Source of the DNA: Tubiluchus corallicola
Taxonomy: Eukaryota > Animalia > Priapulida
Length of the DNA stretch: 64,000 bases
Assembly (NCBI GenBank): GCA_030141605.1
Contig: JAQGDQ010000056.1
Location: 723,692-787,691 of the forward strand
Direction of reading: 5' to 3'
Shown here piece after piece: positions 1-10,263 of this stretch. A model generated the notes under the pieces. It made no database searches, was not told where the DNA came from, and saw nothing but the letters and a program-made list of their open reading frames with translations. How positions within the stretch are numbered: position 1 is the first letter of the stretch; every line of letters starts with the position of its first letter. Position numbers and translations under genes: made by a program.

Positions 1-508
1 ATGCTAGAATTGGCTAAACTTCAACTGTTAACAGGCTTCGTTAAGGAGCTGTTACGTGGGTGATTCACGCACTTCATGCATCCTAGAGCAAATTCTTACA
101 TAAAAAATCAAAGTACGCGTATTATGTGATGATGCAAACATAGCCATGGCCAATGGACATGAATGACGATGGACTGATATAGATGCATTTATAAACTAAA
201 CTAGAATTTCCTTTCCTGCGGAAGACTTGCAAAATATTGACGTTAATAAATTTTACACAACAAAACAGTGCTGTAGGAAATATTATTGTGGAATTATTCA
301 AAATAATTATGCCAAATGATAAACTAAATGTGTAGTGAGATGAAAATTTATTATGTATATTGGCAAAGGAACCTTCTGACTGCCTTTTCTGTAGTCTTGG
401 CAAAACGAAAATATGCCGTTTCGTAAAGGTAAGAGAAAAATCCGTTTATTAAATGTTTAACAAGGTAATTGTAACTGTTAGTATTTTCAATACAATGTTA
501 AAAACATG

Positions 509-551
509 TTATATACGTTTCGAGTGCAGGCTGCAGTCACCTTCAGTATGA
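509..551 (-). ncRNA. Second, more degenerate hammerhead motif in the inverted pseudo-LTR
   Basis: Reverse complement: tcata CTGAAGG tgactgcagcctgcactc GAAACGTA tataa. The core is mutated (A>G) but the GAAACGT stem III seed is kept. Confidence 0.55.
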
Positions 552-1090
552 GATTATACAAACAACAAGTTTTATAGGCACAGCCTACGATACAGAAATT
601 CACTAGTTATGTATTTACAAGCAAGCCAAAGATGTAATGAATTAACAGACCTGTAGAAAAGAAGGATATACAGTAAAAGTTTAGCTAGAAAAATGATTAA
701 AAGCAGCCTTGTGGCTTGGTAGGTCTGCATATTTCGTCTGGAACTGACAAGAAACTAAAAAGTCCTCTTCGGCCTAGTATTTATGATCATATCTTTGTTT
801 CTGGCCCCAAAGCTGATTTTAATAATTTCAGCATTGTGACCAAAGTTACAAATAACTGGGACCAATTAATAAAAGAATGTTTATCTATGTATTCTTTTAG
901 CCCTTCTCTTAATATGCAAAATAGTTCAATTACCTTAACTTTGTTTACGAGCATCTAGCTATACTTTTATTGTATATCCTTCTTTTCTACAGGTCTGTTA
1001 ATTCATTACACCGTTGGCTTCCTTGGAAATACATAATTAGTGAACTTCTGTACTGACTCTGCCATAAAACTGGTTGTTGTTTGTACAGTC

Positions 1091-1132
1091 TCACACTGAA
1101 GATGACTGTAGTCTCAGTCGAAAAGTATGTGA
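1091..1132 (+). ncRNA. Minimal type I hammerhead ribozyme motif in the PLE pseudo-LTR
   Basis: tcaca CTGAAGA t gactg tagtct cagtc GAAA agta tgtga: stem I tcaca/tgtga, CUGANGA core, stem II gactg/cagtc, GAAA, and a very short stem III region. Confidence 0.75.
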
Positions 1133-2047
1133 CATGTTTTTAGCATTTTATATCTTAAAACTTTTAATAAAAGTTGTTTCTTTTCATAGTTACTTAAACA
1201 GTTATGGGCAACTGCAAAAATGTTATGGTTAACAGTGTGAACAGTGCAAAGAATGAATGGAGAATATTACTCCAGATGAAAGGCTTACCCTTGACAGTTT
1301 TCTTCATGCTCTAATATTTTAGTTCTTGTATGTTTTTAACCACCTGCATAGAATTTATCACTCTGGTATTGGAAGTTTGCAATTCCCGATGTTTGCTTTT
1401 TATATCACCAGATGATAATACCTTTCTCCCATATAATATGGGAACATCCTCCTATATTTTTAGTCAATAACTGTATAATTTATTTAGGGCAATTAGAGCT
1501 TAGTTATTGATTATCTTTTAAAAAACAAAATTCAAAATTGAATGTTGTCGTTGCCGCTTTTGCAGCCGTTATCGTTGTTGTTGTCATGCACTATTGCAAC
1601 AGTCAGTTGCTACTGAGCAATTGTACAGCTGCTTTGCTTTTGTGGGGAAGTAGACTTGGGAATGAACAATAAAATGTAGTTGGGACAAAATATTATCAGA
1701 AGCTAAGATTCAGATAAGGTTATTGTGGTCAAACAGGCAAGAATGACTAGGGAACCTTCTTCCTAAAATTTTTTTTACAGAATTTTCTGAATCCCATTAG
1801 CAAAGTTGTTGTGCGCAGGCTCTTTTCTTGTTTTCTAAACTGCGACTCCGTTAATTTGCTTTGTCCATCAAAATATTCTGAAGGTGAACTATGGATTCTC
1901 AAGCTAATTCTTGCTGCCAGGTTATAGCGACCTCTGTGGAAAACATAGTGGTTTACAGTGAAACTGGCATGTGTTTTCATAATTTAGTAATTATACATTT
2001 TCAAAAATTACGAAGCCTTCAACACATTCGTAACATATTGTAGAAAT

Positions 2048-2820
2048 GTAGTGGAAAAGTATAGAATTTTTTGGACAAGAATGCGTTCATCAGCCCATAA
2101 TCTTCGTGTGGAGACTGGACGGTGGAACCATGTAAACCGACATAGGCTAGGCCAATTTAGAGAAAGTATACATACATGTATTTTTTGAATGTCAATTTAG
2201 TGAGCATCTTAGAATCAGGGCAGGATCAAGCTTGGTGGACCCATACTTTGCATTGCTGACTTTAGAAAAGGAGGCCAGGAAGTCTGAAAATCCAATTTTA
2301 AAGTGGCTCCTCATTTGAGATAAAGGATCCCTGTTTGAGGCCTACTATTTGAGACAAAGGGCCCTTGTTTGAGGACCTTTGTTTGAAATGTAGAGTCCCA
2401 ACTATGCAAATGTTGCTAAAATATATCACAAGTAAAAATATTCGAGACGAGTGCCAGCAAACTAGAGGGTGGCTCCATCTGAGGGGCCCCATAATTTCGT
2501 TAGCCTAGGGGCCTGAAAAGGTCATATCCGGCCCTGTTTAGAATGAGATATAATAATAGGAATCTAGGCCTTAACTTTGAAGACATAGGTAACTTGTTCA
2601 ATTGCATTGATACTAACTTTATTTTGAAATATGTATTTGAATCTATGCAGCTATTTTAATTACTGATCTAGTACTTAAAGGAAAAAGTAGTAATTCACAC
2701 TTTATAGCAATTTGTTGGACTAATCATTTGCATTTTAAATGAAGTGTTAATTTTAAATTATACTCTTATTATATTGGTCAGTAAACATAATACTACTACC
2801 AGGACGACTACTTCTACTAC
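2048..2820 (+). mobile_element. CR1/L2-group LINE 3' remnant, interrupted by a MITE
   Basis: Reads RIFWTRMRSSAHNLRVETGRWN, a typical ORF2 C-terminal motif. The reading resumes after the MITE (LRMRYNN...MQLF*), and a degenerate (TAC)n tail follows at ~2790-2820. It may extend further upstream. Confidence 0.65.
2216..2536. mobile_element. hAT-like MITE with 8-bp TSD
   Basis: TIRs cagggcaggat / atccggccctg; flanks cttagaat (2208-2215) and tttagaat (2537-2544); internal ~23-bp tttgaga.aaagg repeats. Confidence 0.8.
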
Positions 2821-3063
2821 CAGTGTTCAAGTACATTTGTGCCGTGAATTCTAAAGCATATAATTAACTTTGTTCGTTGTGAAATAAAATAAAACTTTCT
2901 TGTAAGATGACAGTGAGATCTAAATGATAAACAAATTGATTTGCGCATGAAGAAACGCACTGCGAAATTGCAACAAATCGACTTACTGATTTGCTGTTCC
3001 GGTTACGGCTCAGGATTTTAGTGATAAATCTCTTTACTTGGAGAAATTGTTGACTGAACGCGT

Positions 3064-3067
<4 letters not shown>

Positions 3068-3115
<48 letters not shown>

Positions 3116-3146
3116 TGCGTGTGTGCGTGTGTGCGTGTGTGTGTGT
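3068..3146. repeat. (GT)n/(GTGC)n microsatellite
   Basis: Seen directly. Confidence 0.97.
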
Positions 3147-3612
3147 CCATGTTTATTTACGCAAAATATTGTGCAGATTATTTCTTAATTTAATTTATCC
3201 AGCTTGTAATTAAATCTGGATGGGTATTGATAATTATAGACCATGTGGATTATTCTATCTCTGATTATTTTACTTGATATCACAAACAACGTAGATGAAA
3301 ATCTGCGTACATTTTCCGCATTATGGTCAAATTTATAGTCTCTAGTCTCCATTCTTTAGTCTCAAGTTTTTTTAATTGCCGTATTATATGTAATAATGTT
3401 TTTATTTGAATAGTTATTTGTGGCTTTTTGTCATTTGTTTCATTTTACTACTGGCAAAATAAAAATGAAATTGTGAAGCCACATCAAATATGTTGAGCTT
3501 TAGGTAAAATGCGAAAAGTAAAACCTCAAGAGTAATCAGTCACAGTTTTTATGGGTGTTTTCTAAAATTTTTCATAAGGTACACGAATCCTGACTCTTGG
3601 GTAGTAAGTTTT

Positions 3613-3840
3613 GTCCTGGGTTAGCTGCCCGAGTGGTTTAGATTTCGGACTGCAGCCACGCAGTGTCGAGTTCGATACTAGCGGCTACCAATGCCAGGGC
3701 ATATACCAGTTTTTCGTTATTTGTGTGTTGCAACTTTACCGCTATTGTTGTAAGTGTATGTTACTAATTAACCGCTAGTGCTAATTTAATCTAATAAATA
3801 AGCGACGGTAAATAAATCTTGTCTTTGTCTTTGTCTTTTT
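3613..3840 (+). mobile_element. tRNA-derived SINE
   Basis: A-box-like tgcccgagtggtt, B-box gagttcgatac, tRNA-like head ending ...gcggctacca, a unique body, then aataaa and a (tcttg)n tail. Confidence 0.65.
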
Positions 3841-4089
3841 GGCGACGTTGACGCCGGAAACAGCATGGTGATAGGAAGAGCTATGGATTCTTATTTCGTA
3901 AATTTATGTTTTTTTTCTGTAGAGACAAGGTCGATAATGAAAAGGTCAATAATCAAAAACCAAGACTGCAGTAAGATTATGTATACATAAACTTAATCAA
4001 CTCTGTTGTTTTTCAGTTTGGTTATTCAATTTCATGTCTTCTTTGACAGTTTACAAATGATATTTATAGAGGTTCTTTGAACGAAGTTG

Positions 4090-4920
4090 ACTTCATCGCT
4101 ACAATGAATAAGAAATAGGAAATGAGTGAAAGTACGAGCTATTGTTGATGGTGGCTGCGCTGATGTGCTCGAAGATCTAAAACAGAGACACAGCACTTTC
4201 TACAAGTCAGGCCGACCACGCCAACCTTAGATGGAAATGGATTGCGATTTTGCATATCAAGTTTACAATGTCGCTGTTTTTACGAGCATGAGTGCGGTTA
4301 AATTCAACACCCTGCTGATATATTGACTGCCAGTTATTGCGATCCGCTGCTAGAAACTCGAGTCTTGTTGGAGGAATTTTACAATTCTCCGTAGTGACAG
4401 AAAGGTGATTCTTGAACCCTGCTTCTATCCCCGTTGCGAGTGATGTCCAGAAGAAGAAGACAATAAAATGTTGTCACGAGGGAAAGACGAATATCAGTCA
4501 TCCTGAGTACATGATTGATATAACGAAGCTGACGTATGATTATGGTTGCTATGTACTAATGTCAGTATGAGGTATATGGTTAGTCCAAGTAATATTAATG
4601 ATTGTTTGAGAGATTTGATGTGAAAAGCTTCAAGACGCAGTACATGGCTTCTGTAAAGAGTGCACGATTCACAGCAGTACAACAAAGTGGAAAGGCAAAC
4701 GGAAGAATATACGGTTATCTCACTCTGGACTGTCAGCTTCCTAGAATCGGCCAAGGGAAGTGCTTACTTGGTGAATGCGATTTTGAATTTCATCATCGAG
4801 AGTACAATCAGAGGTTAGAATACTTCCAAGATAGGCAAAACAATTCCGAACTATCAGGGATCACTGAAAATATAGTGATAGTATGCGCTTTCAGATATAC
4901 TGTGTTGCGGCATTAGCGAA
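4090..4920 (-). mobile_element. RTE-clade LINE 3' remnant
   Basis: ORF 4754-4494 VYSSVCLSTLLYCCESCTLYRSHVLRLEAFHIKSLK matches the RTE post-RT motif (LLYGCETW...RLE.FH.RCLR); stops and frameshifts are present. Confidence 0.75.
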
Positions 4921-6529
4921 AATCGCCCACTTTTATAGACGGGTAGATAGTAGACGGATAGATAACGGACAAACAAGTGAATAGTTAAAATCTACGAAAC
5001 TATTTACCATCCTGAAATTAAACGCAGTGTTTTAGTAGATAGCAGGTGAGCGAATCTAATTTTGCGCGTGTACTGGCGTGTAGGAAGCCTGATAATAACG
5101 TGTTCATTATAATAGCTGGCAACTAATCTGAAGAGAAAATAAGAAAGCCTTAGACATTAATTGCATAGGGAACGATATGGACTGGGAGTAGATATTAATA
5201 AGGATTACTCACTATGTTTGGCTTCAGTCATCTTAAATTTATCATAAGTACTCATTTGTGGCACAGCGTCGGCTTAATGACTTTTTCAGGCATGTAGGCT
5301 TAAATTTATTTATCGCAATCCAGTAGCTTTTCCGTTCGAAATATATATTGGAATAAACATCACTATCATCACCTTGTTGCTCTTGTTATTTGTATACATA
5401 TTTCCTTAGTATATCGTTAAGGTGTCCTCGCAGTCCTTATTTAAAACCAGTTATTCAACATAACAATTTAATATCCCCATTGAGTTCCGTAATGTCAATT
5501 TGCGTAATAATTATTGTCCGGACATTAATATTATTATTGTTCAGAAATGGAAGTACGTTATTACTATTTGTTGAACTTACTAATAGGCAATTTCGCGCAA
5601 GGCAGTGTTGCTAGTGTTTACTCTAGTCAACAGAGTGGGCAGGCGTTTAACGTGAATACCAATTTCATCTTGTTTTCCGTTTGACCATTCGTTGACTTGG
5701 TAAATTTTACATTGAGCTCTATTTCTCTGATTTCAAGACAAAAGAACACGAAATCATAATGTTATTATATTATATAAGCTAGTTGCACCACACGGGAAAT
5801 ATTCGGTGTGCTGGCGAGATTCAAAAATTCCAAACTACCCCTAAACCATATCTGTTTTTTTTTACATATTTAGTTCTTTTTGTGAAAGCTTGTAAATGTG
5901 CGTCTTGGGAAATGTATGTCGTGTATGTCGCATTTTGAAATACCAGTACTACTAAACTACTTTCGATGTTGCCACCTTAATTCGGCAACGGAGCCTAATA
6001 TTTCTTGCCTGATTGTTGAAACAACATAATTATTTTTCGTAATGTCACCTTGAAGCTCTGTAGTCTTTATGCTTGTTTCTATTGTTTTCTTGAGGTAATT
6101 TCTTCAAAAGTTAAAGTAACCCGCTACTTCGTTCCATCAGGTTAGTCTGCATTGCCAATCTGTTGTGTTGATTTTGATTGAAAATTCAACGCGCGGATGC
6201 CTCGGGTTCAGTTTGCTTAAGTCTAATAATTATTCTGTGGCTAATGATTAGTCTTGTACTACTTAATTATTGGAACACAAATATGCCTCAGTTGGCACTC
6301 GTTTGTAGCAATTAATCGACCATGTGTGTTAAGATCTCTATAGCACATTAATCATCAGTCATCACTCGTCAGTGATATATAAGGGCATTATAAGTTTCCA
6401 AGAATATCAACAGCTACTCCATGATTGAATGCTCACTATGAAGGTTTATTATCCACGTATCTAAGTACATCTATCCTTCATGGTAGAAACCCACAATTAA
6501 TTAAATTTAGAAAACAAATTTGAAAGTCA

Positions 6530-6720
6530 GGAAATATGAAAAGTTGGAATACAGGCTGGACTTGAACCAGCGATCTTCTACTTAGAATACAGACATAAAT
6601 TTTGCATTGTCTTGACTGCCGGAGATCATGATGGTCTAATAGTCTAATGCTTCTGGCTTGTAAGTAGAAGATTTCAGATTCAAACCAACCAGGTTGTTGT
6701 TCACATTTCCTGGTTTTCAA
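6530..6720. mobile_element. Head-to-head pair of tRNA-like SINE heads
   Basis: Minus-strand B-box ggttcaagtcc (~6558-6568) and plus-strand B-box-like gattcaaacc (~6677-6686); inverted 13-mer gatcttctactta / taagtagaagatt. The left end gaaat.tgaaaagttggaatacag recurs at ~56496. Confidence 0.5.
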
Positions 6721-7671
6721 ATTAGGTTTCTCAACTTGATTAGTTGTGGCTTTGTACCACCATTAATATCTTTGTTGATATTAAGATCATAAATAATTAA
6801 TTATATCTATCACTCTTAGGATTTAATGTTAAAAGTTCTTATTCAATGTGATTGAAATAAGGCTTTCCTTAGTTTTTTTTGTTAGGCAATTATAGTGAGA
6901 AAAACACAACAAAATTTTCCTATCACCAACAGTTTACTTTAAGTTACAAAATACTGAAAACTATTCCATTATATATATATATTTAAAAAGTTATTTATTG
7001 GTTATACAGACATAAAAAGGGGACGATATTTCGTTAATTTTGAAATAGCTCTTTTGATCAGTTAGACCGTTATAAAAACAAATTCATGCAGATGTTTATT
7101 TCCCTTGATGAATGTAAAAATCTTAACCTTTCTGTATATTTCCCCTATGTGAACTACAAAACGCACACCCGTTTTATTTAATATTTTAACTTAATGAAAG
7201 GTGTGATATTTACGAGCATCCCAGAGATTGATCTTAAAGGCTGGTTCGTGAAAACTGTATACTTTATAGCTATTATTTATACTGCAATAACACAGCTAGA
7301 AAAATTTCTTATTAAAAATGTTGGTGGCATACATGGAGTGTTTTTTTCAACAACATTGATTATTTTGGAAATGTACAAAGCGTCAAGCATAATCCAACCT
7401 GCCCGAGGAAACTTGTGAAAATGAAAAGGAAACTCGATAAATGCAAAAAAGGAAGTACTTGAATGGAAGACTTTTTTATTTTGAACGCACTTGAACATGA
7501 TACTTTATTTCAGTGTTTACTGTTTAGCAAGGAGTCTAATAAGCATAACTAAATAGGCAGCGCACTGAAATTGCTCACTGATAAAAGGGCCTAAGCAAAA
7601 GGTGTTTCTACAGCGCAATAAAATCAAGCAAATGCTTTCCAGTGTCTGTGATGGCGATAGCTAGATTCTTA

Positions 7672-8387
7672 AGCTACGACACCATATGCACGTAATGTGT
7701 AACGTGTGATTTGTGATCCGTAATGCGTATTGCGTAATGCGTGATCCGTAATGCGTGATGTGTATTGACTGATTCCATGCGTCCGTAAACACCATGTGTA
7801 TTAACAAAGCTCACGGCGCTCTTTCCGCCATTTTTGGTCGCTATTCGTGAGAATTGCAAGCAATAATTTTTGGAAACTTTGTCGAAATTTAAGCTTGATA
7901 ATTAGACTGCGGCATTAGCTTATTATTGTACTGTTAGATGGAAAAGAAAGCACAGATTTTGCAGGGGAGAGAACAATATGGCAGGTATCATCATATAGTA
8001 AAAGAACTGCAGTTAGATGCGCAACACATAATCACATTCTTCCACCTCTCAAAAACTCAAATAGAAAAAATATTATTGTTAATAGGTCTTAAAGTGACCA
8101 AAGCTCACCTAACTAGAATTTTCAGAGAGCTAAGCAGCGAAAATTGTCACCGAAAACTTGAAAACTCGCTATAATCACCAGGCAACGGCGGTTTTCCGTC
8201 TGCGTATTGCTGCGTAATGCGTATTTGGAGGATAGTAATCACGCTCGAATGAATGCGGATCACGCATCACGCATCACGGATAACGCATTACGTACACATG
8301 GAAGCACTTCTACATGTTGAAATTTAAACTGTTGTATGCGCATTACGGATCACGCATCACGTATTACATACACATGGAGTCGTACCT
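7672..8387 (+). mobile_element. Internally deleted PIF/Harbinger transposon
   Basis: TTA TSD (7669-7671, 8388-8390); TIRs agctacgacaccatatg / cacatggagtcgtacct with subterminal gcgtaat/gtgatcc repeats. ORF 7938-8174 REQYGRYHHIVKELQLD...FFHLSKTQIEKILLLIG..VTK resembles the N-terminus of Harbinger (HARBI1-like) transposase. Confidence 0.85.
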
Positions 8388-9182
8388 TTAAACTGAAATT
8401 GAATGAAGCTTAAGTTGCGGCAATAGCGAAATTACGGAAAGTAGACTTGAGTGCCCATGTGTCACTTTTTTATAACCACCACTAGCTTTTTTCAGATTTG
8501 GTGTTTGTTAAAAATTAACTATAAAGTTAATTATATATAGGCATAATATAGTCACATAGTTAAATATAAAACTACAAAATTAATCATTAGGTACTAGAGT
8601 TCTGCGCATTCTGTCAATTTCTGTGGGCAACGTTTACATGTATACTGTTAACGCTTAACAGAAAATATAATAATTTACATTACGGCGTGTCAACGATAAG
8701 AAATGAGCGTCGCTTTAGAGCAACCACCTCTTTTCACGGGGATAAAACAATCAATGATAACGAAGACCTGTAAGTTGTCTTTTCACGCGGATAAAACAGA
8801 CCTGTAAGTTGGCCGTGGCTTCACGAATTAAGACGACTGCCAATACTGTGTATATAAGTAAAGCATAAACTAAGCTGCCAGTTTTGATCGTTGCCTTATT
8901 CAATGCTGTAGAGTCACTTTGGCTTACATACTTATTTACTATGCAAATATTATTGATTACAGAAAGACTATGTACACCGATCGAATGCCACAGTTCACAA
9001 GTTTCTAGTTTATTCTTAAGGACATTGGTAGTGTTATCACTCTTTTTTCACAGACAGCGTATACTAGATTTATATACACGGATTATTTCTATCACTTTTT
9101 CTACGGAATTCGATTGAGCGTTTTTGGTTTGATGTCGTGCGATCTATATTTTGAGCTGTCATACAGCTCGCGCTTTCACTGA

Positions 9183-9308
9183 TATAAAGAGATCAATCGC
9201 TTGTGTTTGCTATGCTTTGTCAATATCAGTCCTGTGCACTTTTCTTCTTCGACTGAGCTAATACAAGATGATGTCAGCTTGCTATACCTATAATTATTTA
9301 ATGTGAGT
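9183..9308 (+). promoter_or_regulatory. Candidate promoter and non-coding first exon of SLC23 gene 1
   Basis: TATAAA at 9183, Inr-like tcagt at ~9226, donor gtgagt at 9303, and acceptor ctgtag at ~10195 ahead of the ATG exon. Confidence 0.35.
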
Positions 9309-10263
9309 GTTCACTTGCCAGCAGTTTGGTGATTTAGACCCTGTGTGGCAGAGACAAATGCAAACGCCACAACTGTAGATCGACAGAAGATTCAAAACTG
9401 TTTGAGGCAGATGTTGCATGCAGAGCAGCAACAGTGCGTTATATAAATGTAACAATTATACTAGCTAGTCAAACCAAGCTAGCTGATCAATGTGGTGGTT
9501 TCAGAGAGAAATGTGATATTAAAGGGATGTATATTACGCTTCACCAGTTGTACGTATAGGCTAAAAGTATAGCGGAGAAAATTGCCTACTATATTTATAA
9601 CGCAATAGATTGTCGCTGGCATTAAGTTTTATTAACTATACGTTAATCATCCTGCATGGGAGGATCGTTGAGCAGAGGCTTAATTGCTTTTCTTCATCGC
9701 CTTTGCATTTTAATGAAGTTTTATTGTCGTGTATGTTTAAGAATTTCTTATAGGTGTTTGCCTTAAACGTTTTATTAAACAGTGTGCGTTTCTCAGCACT
9801 TTTCTCCATTTTCTTTGAAAAACACTTGTGTTGCTTAGCAGTCGAAGTTAAGTAACGCAGAGTTTGGTCAGTAACTACATGATCTGCTGGTGGATGATGT
9901 GTGCATGCTTCTGGGCAGCTAGATCTACCTCAACTTTGCTACGAACCTCCTCAGGAAAACTTGTAGTTCAAGCATCTGAACGTGGCCAAAAACGTCTGTC
10001 GATTCAGTAACTCATCGTAGAGTACTATCCTTGATACTGATCTAGGTTTTGCGCCGGCCATAGCCCTCAACAATTGGTATTGTTTGAGTGAAGGATTCAG
10101 ATTTGGAGAGTGGTAAACTGACCAAGAACTTCCAACTAGATGACTGATTGTGCTTAACTTTTTTAAAAAAAATCATCGTGTATTGTCACTGTAGGTTATC
10201 CGCCCTAGTAACTACACTGTTCAAAGCATGTTCAAAGCAATGGAAAAGCTGTTACACTGAACT

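Larger units (their letters stand above)
460..1185 (+). mobile_element. Penelope-like retroelement (PLE) remnant: GIY-YIG endonuclease C-terminus between inverted pseudo-LTRs
   Basis: ORF 716-958 (HISSGTDKKLKSPLRPSIYDHIF...DFNNFSIV...LIKECL...PSLNMQNSSITLTLF) resembles the PLE GIY-YIG C-terminus. ~460-690 is an inverted copy of ~953-1185 (e.g. tgtaatgaattaacagacctgtagaaaagaaggatatac / gtatatccttcttttctacaggtctgttaattcattaca), the typical arrangement of a 5'-truncated PLE. Confidence 0.85.

Noticed and set aside
95-430. Possible small exons at the window start (e.g. 395-428 on +)
   Set aside because: Splice-like signals only; no recognisable protein and no partner exons.
3618-3690. tRNA-Cys-like gene
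   Set aside because: Cloverleaf stems are imperfect and it is followed by a body and a simple-repeat tail, so it is better explained as a SINE head.
7700-8370. Short repeat arrays considered as CRISPR-like
   Set aside because: They are subterminal repeats of a Harbinger element; there is no repeat-spacer periodicity and the context is eukaryotic.
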